From positions 38,316,001 through 38,380,000 of the forward strand of contig OZ024744.1 of the NCBI GenBank assembly GCA_964016885.1: DNA of 64,000 nt, read 5' to 3'. The translations under genes and the position numbers were made by a program. Below are positions 55,417 to 64,000 of this stretch, piece after piece. How positions within the stretch are numbered: position 1 is the stretch's first letter; the number at the start of each line of letters is the position of its first letter. The notes under the pieces were generated by a model. It did not search any database. It had not been told where the DNA came from and was given only the letters and a program-made list of their open reading frames with translations. The stretch comes from Eledone cirrhosa (lineage: Eukaryota).

Positions 55417-58400
55417 ATGACCTCACTCAGAATAGGCAGCATAAATGCGCGTGGCTTGGGGTCGTCATGGAAGCAGGGTCACCTGCTCAACGACCTCAGG
55501 TCACTAAACATAGATGTAGTGGCCATCAGCGAGACCAGAATCTCCGAAGCACGGGCCTTCGTACCGATCTTCGGCGGCTACGATGTGTACGCATCTCCCA
55601 GCCGTCCTGGATCGGGTGGAGGAGTTGCTGTGCTTTTTCGGAGAGGTTTGGATCTCGCCATACGGGCCATCTTCCTGGACCCAGAGGGTAAGCTGGTGGT
55701 GCTGGACGTGACCAGCGGAGACGGGCAAGCTTTCAGGCTAGTGGCCGTCTATGCCCCGACAGGAGCAGGGCGGCCTGATTTCTTCCGGCGTCTGGAGACC
55801 TTTCTTGGAACGTCCCGCTCTTTAGTGTTAGTGGGCGACTGGAACGGGATCTTAGATGCACGCTGGGACTGTGTGGGATTAGCGGATAGGGGTGGAGGGT
55901 GCAAGAGCCTCACCAACCTGCTCAGGCGTTTTGAACTGTCTGACAGGTACCGATTGGATTTCCCGAATGTGCCAATGTGGACTTGGACAAACCGCATAGG
56001 GTCATCCAGATCATATCTAGATAGAGTATTTTGTAGGGAAATAGATAGGTCTAGCATAGGCTGTCCACAATTCAAGATAGTCAGCTACACGGACCACAAA
56101 TTCGTGATCTGTGTGCTTGACTTAGATAGGCTTCATAGACGAGGACCCGGCTACTGGAAGCTAAACGCGTCCTTACCAGCGCGCAAGGCCTACAGAGACC
56201 GGATTAGCGAACTAGTTAAGCGGGCGTTGACGGGGGCCATCGTCAACAACAAGTGGTGGTTTGCTCTGAAAAGAGCGATTAGAATAGAATCGATTAGGTT
56301 TAGTAAGGCTTTAGCAATAGAGAAAAATAGAGCAGAGGGAGAACTAGTTAGAAAATTAGACGAGGCGCTTAGCAAAGGCATTGCGACCGACGTGCTTGCG
56401 GCGAAATTGGCCCTTGACCAATTCTTCAATGCAAAGCACGAAGGCTGCGTTGTCAGAGCTAGGGTGCGTGCTCTCAGACACGAGGGGACGAAAGCCGTTC
56501 AATGGGCCCGAGTGGCGGAGGCGCGTCGTGGCAACAAAGCCACGATCCGGTCTTTGGTGGACCACGACGGGCGCATGCTACTCGATCCCGGGCAAATGTG
56601 TGAAGCTTTTCAGCGACACTTCGCTCAGCTGTTCGGGGGCAGCGGGGGGCCGGGTAGAGGGATGGACTTTAGTGTCTACCTCGACGGACTGCCGCGGCTC
56701 TCGGCCACTGAGGCGAAGTGTTGCGAAAAGCCGATAACAGCCGCTGAAGTAAGGGAGGAAATGACTGGCTGCACAAGGGGTAAATCGCCTGATTTGGATG
56801 GTCTGCCCTATGAACTTTACGTACAGATGCCAGACCTGTTCGGAGGCCTCTTGGCGGACGTCTACTGCAACTGGCAACAGAACGGGAGAATTCCCAGTTC
56901 TGTGAGCCGAGGAGCGGTTGCACTGCTGAGAAAGGATCCGAACAAGGGGGATAACATAGAAAATTTCCGGCCCATAACTCTGCTAAACACAGAGTTTAAG
57001 ATTTTGGCCAAGGTGCTAGCAAAGAGGTTGGCGCTTGTCGTTGGTGGTCTGGTGGGAGAGGCGCAGACATGCGCCATTCCCGACAGATCCATCCACGACA
57101 ACCTCCACCTCATGCGATACATCGTAGAGAGGGTAGCTAGGGAACCTGGCACGGGTGGGTCCTTGATCAATTTAGATCAGTCGAAAGCTTTCGATAGGGT
57201 CGACCATCGTTACCTAGCGGCAGTCCTGAGGGCGGCTGGCTTTGGGCCCGTCTTCAGAGGCTGGATCGCTGCCATGCACAGCGACATCTGCTCTGTGGTG
57301 AGAGTGAACGGTCACCTGTCGGAACCGTTCAACATCATGCGCTCGGTCCGCCAAGGATGTCCCCTCTCGTCCCTCTTGTACGTATTGACGCTCGAGCCAT
57401 TACTGCACAAACTGGAGACGTTGAGGGGAGTCCCGCGCGAACTAGGATGCGGAAGATCCGTGTCAGCATATGCGGACGATGTCACCGTAGTGGTGTCGAA
57501 CGCCAAACACATCGAGGCGATCGGCACTACACTAAGAGAATACGAAGCGGTGACAGGAGCAATGATCAACCAGGAAAAGTCAGTGGGCCTGCAGCTCGGC
57601 ACCTGGAGAGGCAGGTCCATGCCGTCCAACAGCGTCGTCGGGCGCTGGACGGACGGACCGGTTAAATTGCTAGGGGTCTGGTTCGGTCCGGACCTCCAGA
57701 CGGACAAAAACTGGGACGAGGTGACGAGCAGGGTGGCTTCTCTCACCCAGAAATGGGCGGAGAGGAAGCTATCCCTGAAAGGTCGAGCGGAGGTGGCTAA
57801 CGCGTACATCGCGTCTGTCATCTGCTACCGCCTAACCGTCGTACCTTGTCCTAAGCCTCGCCTGACTGCGCTGGAGCGTTTGCTCTTTCGCTTTTTGTGG
57901 AAGGGACGTGCTCCGATGGTCAGGCGGTCCATCTGTTGTCAACACCCGCTACGTGGAGGGCTGGGCATGCCGTGGCTGATGATGCGCAGGCACGCGCTCA
58001 GGCTACGACATCTCCACCTCTTCCTCGACGGTGATCAGGTGTGGTCGCCGTTTGCTAGACGCGTTTTTCCCCAGCTCGTTTCCTTGACGGAGCTGCAGTC
58101 CTGGGTCAAGCGAAGACCGAGAGGGAGCGCCTGGAGACTGGAATGTCTTCAGGCGCTCACAGCCCTCGACCAATCGGGCAATGTGATCGGTGGAAACTCC
58201 ACCTCGGCGTTCTATAGAGGATTAGTGGAGGGGAAGAGCGACGACGTACTTGGGGAAACTCTAGGCGTCGACGAAAATCAACTAGCCAATCTCTTCGGAA
58301 GAACTTTCGGGCCAGGGCCTATGGACAACTTCCAGAAATCTCTGGCCTGGCAGTGCTACCGAGGAGCCTTGCCAGTTCGGGATAAACTCTACAGGCATGG

Positions 58401-58836
58401 AGGTGCCGTCAGCCGGGCATGTCCGAGATGCGCGCAGGGCGACGAAACCGTCCTGCACGCACTCGTCCAGTGTCCGAAAATTGCTGACTTGTGGGTTTAT
58501 GTCGAACACCTGCTGTCGCGTTTAGGACGGATCCAGCTATCATCTGAGTCTATCGTGAGGATTGCCCCGCCCTCCTCCTTTAGCCGGGAAGGGCAGGCAG
58601 TTTTTATCTGTCTGGTGGCCATGGCGAAAGAGATAGTATGGTGGACACGTTTGAAAGGGCTGAAGACGAGCACTTACCTCTTCGGTGATGCTCTGATTGA
58701 CTTTTTCAAATTTCATTTGAAAAGGAAAATCAGAGTAGAGAAGGAAGTGCTCTCTTCCCAGCATTTTGTTGAAAGATGGGTGAGAGAAGCAAGAATGGCC
58801 CGAGTGAATGGGCCGACTCTGAGTATATATCTGTAA
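55417..58836 (+). CDS. ORF2: APE endonuclease + reverse transcriptase + Cys/His C-terminal domain, 1139 aa
   Basis: SINARGL, ISET, VYAP, VGDWN, YLDRVF, TDH (APE); NFRPITLLN, LDQSKAFDRVDH, RQGCPLS, AYADD (RT); GGLG; CPRC..ETVLHALVQC. Confidence 0.95.
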   Translation: MTSLRIGSINARGLGSSWKQGHLLNDLRSLNIDVVAISETRISEARAFVPIFGGYDVYASPSRPGSGGGVAVLFRRGLDLAIRAIFLDPEGKLVVLDVTSGDGQAFRLVAVYAPTGAGRPDFFRRLETFLGTSRSLVLVGDWNGILDARWDCVGLADRGGGCKSLTNLLRRFELSDRYRLDFPNVPMWTWTNRIGSSRSYLDRVFCREIDRSSIGCPQFKIVSYTDHKFVICVLDLDRLHRRGPGYWKLNASLPARKAYRDRISELVKRALTGAIVNNKWWFALKRAIRIESIRFSKALAIEKNRAEGELVRKLDEALSKGIATDVLAAKLALDQFFNAKHEGCVVRARVRALRHEGTKAVQWARVAEARRGNKATIRSLVDHDGRMLLDPGQMCEAFQRHFAQLFGGSGGPGRGMDFSVYLDGLPRLSATEAKCCEKPITAAEVREEMTGCTRGKSPDLDGLPYELYVQMPDLFGGLLADVYCNWQQNGRIPSSVSRGAVALLRKDPNKGDNIENFRPITLLNTEFKILAKVLAKRLALVVGGLVGEAQTCAIPDRSIHDNLHLMRYIVERVAREPGTGGSLINLDQSKAFDRVDHRYLAAVLRAAGFGPVFRGWIAAMHSDICSVVRVNGHLSEPFNIMRSVRQGCPLSSLLYVLTLEPLLHKLETLRGVPRELGCGRSVSAYADDVTVVVSNAKHIEAIGTTLREYEAVTGAMINQEKSVGLQLGTWRGRSMPSNSVVGRWTDGPVKLLGVWFGPDLQTDKNWDEVTSRVASLTQKWAERKLSLKGRAEVANAYIASVICYRLTVVPCPKPRLTALERLLFRFLWKGRAPMVRRSICCQHPLRGGLGMPWLMMRRHALRLRHLHLFLDGDQVWSPFARRVFPQLVSLTELQSWVKRRPRGSAWRLECLQALTALDQSGNVIGGNSTSAFYRGLVEGKSDDVLGETLGVDENQLANLFGRTFGPGPMDNFQKSLAWQCYRGALPVRDKLYRHGGAVSRACPRCAQGDETVLHALVQCPKIADLWVYVEHLLSRLGRIQLSSESIVRIAPPSSFSREGQAVFICLVAMAKEIVWWTRLKGLKTSTYLFGDALIDFFKFHLKRKIRVEKEVLSSQHFVERWVREARMARVNGPTLSIYL

Positions 58837-59096
58837 ACTAAAGGTGGAAAACTGGGAGAGGGCACTTGCCTTGGTGGTCAGGGTCATTGTGGCTTTTTAC
58901 TGGGCTTTCTCCACAAATGTCCCTCCGAAGTCTCCCCCCTATTGGGGAATTTTTCATTGTTATTTTCATTGTTATTTTTGTTACATCCTCTGTTTTTGTT
59001 TTTTTACATGCAGAAATGCCCATTTGTACCGTCCTGCATTGTCCTGCACTGTCCTTAATGTCTACTTTATGTAAACCCTTGTGGTTAATAAAGAAA

Positions 59097-59142
<46 letters not shown>

Positions 59143-59152
59143 TGTTATTATT

Positions 59153-62100
59153 CCTTGAATCTCAGTCATTGATGTTAGTTAACTGGAAAGTCCGTTGGAA
59201 TGAATATCAAGCCACTACCTGCAGCCTCAGATATTCAGGACGTATCGGAGGGTCCTTGCTGTTCCCAGCAAGCATGCCTTTTGAAGCGTTCCAAAAAGCG
59301 TGAAGGGGCCGATTTTCTTTAACCATCCCTGGAAACTTTGGGAGATAGTCCCCAGTGCGCCTATGACAATCGGGATCACTTTGACTTCATGGCAGTTCCA
59401 AATCCTTTTTACCTCCCACTTTAAGTCCTGGTATCGGTTAATTCTCTCCCTCTCCTTCTCTTGCACTCTCGTGTCGAATGGGCAGGCCACATCCACAATC
59501 AGATACGATCTTTTTTCTTTGTCCACAACCACCAGGTCAGGTCTATTGTGTTCCAGTTTCTTGTCCGTCTGTATCCTAAAATCCCACAGCACCTTCACCT
59601 GATCGTTTTCTATCACCGCCTCTGGCTTATGCTCATACCATTTCTCAGAATGTGGTAAATTGTTTACTTTGCACAGGTGCCAATGGATCACCCTGCCCAT
59701 TACATCATGTCTCCAACCCTTATAGTGGGTCTGGGCTAGGTGTTTACACTCGGATACAATGTGAGCCACAGTCTCCTCTCTCTCTCCACAGATCCTGCAC
59801 AGTGGGCTAGCCTCCTCCTTGTAAATATGGTGTTTCAACCACTTCGTTTTGAGGGCCTGCTCCTGCGCAGCCATTAACATTCCTTCTGTAGCCTTTTTAA
59901 GGTCTCCTCTTCTTAACCAATTCCAAGTCTGTGGATCGCTAAATTCAGTTTTCTCAAAGAAGGTACTATGAAGGGATTTTTCCTGAAGGCTGCTCTTTCT
60001 CCTTGATGTTATTTCCTCCTTGGACATCCCCTGGCCTATTGTCCCCTCCTTCAGTACAGTTCTGAGCATTGGCTCCTTACTATCAGTCACGTATTGTGTA
60101 GGTTGTTTTTCTCCATCTGTACACAGTCCTCTATGCTGATAAGACCTCTTCCACCCTCAGATCTCCTTAGGTAGAGTCTATCGACATCACTCCTCTTGTG
60201 GAACATGTTGTAGATTGTCAATAGCTTCCTAGTCTTCCTATCCATTTCTTTTTGTTCAGCAACATTCCATCTCAGAATTCCCGCACTGTACCTAATAATA
60301 GACACAGCTCGGGAATTTACTGCACTTATGGCATTTCTGCTGTTCAGATGTGACTTCAATACGCTCCTTACTCTCCGAATGTATTCAGTTCTTAACAATT
60401 TCTTCATTTTTTTTGTTCTTTATGCCATCAGCCTCCAGAACGCCCAAATACTTGTATCCTTCCTCAGAGTCAATTTCCTTTATCATCTCACCTGTTGTTA
60501 TCTGGATTCCGTTACTTCTGTTCAACCTACCCCTCCTCATCACAATGACTCCACACTTACTAATACCAAACTGCATACATATATCACTGCTGAAAATACG
60601 GACAGTGTCAACAAGCACATCCAAGAGCTTAAGATCGTCCATGAAGAGGAGGTGATTGATGGTAAGCCCTCCCTTTCCCAACCCGTATCCTGCTCTCACT
60701 TTTCGCAGTACACTGGTCAGGGGCATCAGGGCAAGGACAAACAATAGAGGGGACAGGCTATCTCCCTGGAAGATACCTCTCTTGATCTTCACGCTTCCCA
60801 AGGATTCTCCAGTTGATGTCAACTCTGTTTCCCAGGACCTCATACTCTTGCCCAACAACTGTCTGATGTTATCTGCCACCTTGAAGATCTCCAGGCTTTT
60901 GGTGATCCAAGAATGAGGCACCATGTCAAATGCCTTTCTGTAGTCTATCCATCCCATGGCAAGATCAGTGTGTCTCCTCCTGCAATTCCCCATTACCATC
61001 TTATCAATAAGTAACTGGTCCTTTGTACCACGTGACTTCTTTCGGCATCCTTTCTGTTCGTCCGGTAACAAGTTGTTTGTGTTGAGGTGATGGTAGATTG
61101 CCTCAGACACTATGCTCGTCAACAGTTTCCACATTACGGACAGACATGTGATAGGTCTATAGTTGGTAACATCATTACCCTTGATTCGGTCTTTCATTAT
61201 CAGAACTGTGGTACCTTTTGTCAACCACTCTGGCACCTCACCTGACATCAAGCAGTCATTGAACATGGTTGTCAGTTTCGGGTGGAGGGATGTTATATTT
61301 TTAATCCAATACCCCTGCACACCATCTGGGCCTGGTGAGTTCCAGTTGGTTAGCTTTTTGGCCTGCCCCTTAAGAGTTTCAACTGTGATACTCAAATCAG
61401 TTTGTTGGTGTGTCTGCTCACCGATCTCCCTCTGTACTGTCTCAATCCACCCTGCCTGGTCATTATGTCTAACATCCTGCTCCCATATTCCTCTCCAGAA
61501 TGGTTTAGTTTGTTCCGCCTCAGGGATCAAGTCGTTGCCTCTTTCTTTCCCCTCAAGCTGTCCAAACAGCATCTTCTGGTTGTTGTCGAACATGCGGATC
61601 TGTTTGTACTGACTGACTCTGCTCTCGTATCGCCTGATTTTTGCACTCTTTGCTACAATGCGTTGCTTCAGTTCCTCTATGATAATATTTAGCTTTTTCC
61701 TCCTAGTTTTGTACTTTATTTCCAGTCTATTATTAGTGCCTATGTTTTTTAGTGTCCCATTCAGTAGTGACTCAAGCTTTCCAATGTCATTTCTCATTTC
61801 CCTGATTTGACTATTCAGTCGTTTCTTCCACCAAGGCTCTGCTCTTTCTTGTCTGTTGTTTCCTCTCGCTTTTATACCAAGTAGTTTCCTCACCGTATTT
61901 GCTGTTGCTTTGAGGATATTGTTGCACTGGTGAAGGCTCCTCGCCTCAAGGTATGGGATGATTTTGTTTACCTTAGCTATTGTTTCTTTTAACTTTTTCC
62001 TGTCTACAAATCTTAGGTTCATAGGTCTCCCACTATCATTGTTCAATTCATCTACCACTAAATTTAGGATGTCAACCGAATCTTGTCCTAGCCCGTCAGC

Positions 62101-63634
62101 ATTCATCTCCTCAGTGGCCGTATCTCTGTTCCAGGTATTATTTATCTCAGTATTCAGATCATTGTCTGCTTCGGGTGGTTCCTCCGTTCTCTCGACCTCT
62201 TCACCTTCATTTCCGACTGGCTCGTTTGCCTGGCATACTCCACCCTCCATCTCCAAGCTAATCTCTCTGCTCAGTTCCTCCAGTTCCAGCTCGCTTATCC
62301 ACCCATTAGTTCTTATTACCCGAGCCTGCCCGGCCAATTTTTGTTCATCTAATTTAAATAGACCAATCTCGTTCCAGATGTTATGCATCCGTCTTCTATA
62401 GCCCCTCTCCTTGGGGTTACTTTTCAGGTAACATTGCATAACAGTTCTATTCAATTCTTTCGTCCAGTTGGTTCTGGTCCCTTTCCTTCTTCTTCTTCCT
62501 CCGACACCAGCAGTATTTGGTTGACAGCCAGGTTCCTGCTGCTGAGCCAGGGAGCACCTGTTGGGTGAGAGTCTGTCACATGACGTTCTAGTCTCCATTT
62601 CACCGTTATTCGAACTGTTTAGGTTCGATATTTAAACACTCTTATCGAAGATTGGTGAATGTATGGTTACATAATCATCTGTGGATTCACCGTCTCCGGT
62701 GGTTGCGCCGCTCCACTTGGCTCTTGTGTGGCATTATCACCACGCTGTAGGCGAACACAAATAAACAAACAAACAAACAGGCAGAAAAAAACCCAAAAAT
62801 GAATAAGCATAAGTTTCATTGTAATGTAGTGTTCGAATGTCTGACTTAGTTTTTCCCCTCTCTTCTCTGTCCGTCCGTTTGTTTCTCTCTTCATTCTTAT
62901 TTTCTTTACGTTTTTTTTTGTTTTTGTTTTTCTCTGTTTGTTTTTCTCTTTTTTTGTTGTTGTTGCTGTGCTGCTTTGGTTTTAATGTTTGTTTTTCCTT
63001 TTGAGTCTATCTATACATTTTGATGCCTTCCTCTTTTTTAGTAGGAATTCTATAATGTGGTGGCAGCAACTAGCGGGAAGCAATGGGAGAGAATAGCGGT
63101 GGTAGCGATACTGAGACAGTGGTGGTGGTGATGTCGATACTGAGGCAGTGGTGGTGATGTGATCGTATTACTGTAGTGATGGTGTTATAGCGGTGGTAGC
63201 AATGAAGGAGTGGTGGCGGCGGTGATGGGACAGTGGTAGTAATGATGGCAGTGGCCGTTATCTGGCTGTTGTGTTTAGTGTACACAGAGAGGTGATGGGA
63301 TAGGTGGTGTATCTAGTTTCTGGTGTTGGTGAGATTGGTGTTGTTTGGCTATTCTATATAGTGTAGACAGAGGAGGGGGGGTGGGTTCTTCTTCTTCCAT
63401 TTATAGCCATTTTCTTTTTTGAATATACAATGTACAATACAAAGTTGAATATTTGAATATTTGAGCCTTATAACAATATATTTTGGGTCCGAATTTTTTT
63501 GGGGCTCAAGCCGGATGCTTTACGTAGCATTTGTACTAAGAGTTGTTATTTCACAAATGATTTAAATATGTTAAAAATTCAAAACTTACGGGAGCGATTT
63601 CATGACCTTCTACCACCTCGTGTGTCTTCTTCCC
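59153..63634 (-). mobile_element. Near-full-length Dong/R4-clade retrotransposon (RT + CCHC + REL endonuclease) in (TAA)n, with two frameshifts
   Basis: ORFs 60385-62598, 60087-60407, 59227-60090: NYRPITCL, WIDYRKAFDMVPH, GIFQGDSLSP, FMDDLKL, GGRGL, CRIC..ETVAHIVSEC, RHD, RPDLVV..IVDVACP. (TAA)n at both ends on its sense strand. Confidence 0.92.
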
Positions 63635-63684
<50 letters not shown>

Positions 63685-63790
63685 GTTATTCTTATGTTTT
63701 TTGTTTTTGTTTTTTTTCTCGTGCAATGGCCATACTCGATAACGAGGGGGCAGCCATTATGTATGTATGTGTATATATACGTATGTATGT
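63635..63790 (+). mobile_element. Displaced 3' UTR/tail of the RTE at 51490-53068
   Basis: (TTA)n, T-rich stretch, then gcaatggccatactcgataacgagggggcagccat and (TATG)n. Same tail type follows the C2H2 finger at 175-210. Confidence 0.65.
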
Positions 63791-64000
63791 ATATATATAT
63801 CACCAAGAAAGCCGACTGTCAATGTGATATGGTGGTATTTATATATTTTCTGGTGGTAGGGGAAGGTGATGATGGGGATGGTTCGAGGTCGTGGGCTGAT
63901 GGTTTTAAAGAAAGGGGATACTTTAAAAAAACTATACTTAGAGAAAAATACATAATGTTACAGAATGATACAAATGGAGGCACTCCTAATTTTCAAGGTT

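Larger units (their letters stand above)
53069..59098 (+). mobile_element. Full-length Tx1/L1-clade non-LTR retrotransposon inserted in (ATT)n
   Basis: ~215-bp 5' UTR, two uninterrupted ORFs 35 bp apart, 3' UTR with AATAAA at 59087-92, (ATT)n on both sides. Confidence 0.95.

Noticed and set aside
53390-58887. Antisense and alternate-frame ORFs overlapping the Tx1 ORFs
   Set aside because: Shadow ORFs expected from GC-rich or low-complexity coding sequence, with no motifs.

Overview
Eukaryotic, AT-rich, microsatellite-dense DNA made almost entirely of transposable elements. The SINE/LINE repertoire suggests a mollusc, probably an octopus (inference). No host protein-coding gene is supported, and most ORFs in the track are microsatellite artefacts. 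Main contents: (1) an apparently intact, full-length Tx1/L1-clade retrotransposon (53069-59098; ORF1 with CCHC knuckle, ORF2 APE-RT). It sits tail-to-tail with a near-full-length Dong/R4-type element (59153-63634, -), and both are nested in the (TTA)n tract of an RTE element that carries three C2H2 fingers. (2) Three different Penelope-like elements, plus about 10 hammerhead-ribozyme-like motifs. (3) A non-coding Gypsy-type LTR element (tRNA-Trp PBS, TG..AA ends, 4-bp TSD) that carries an inverted solo LTR of its own family. (4) A Chapaev3-like DNA transposon, several Helitrons, hAT and Tc1/mariner MITEs, and RTE, CRE and Dong fragments. (5) Many tRNA-derived SINEs. (6) A 2.5-kb ~54-bp minisatellite, a 46-bp minisatellite amplified from a SINE core, and several long inverted repeats. 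Coordinates were read by eye, and element edges may be off by a few to tens of bases.
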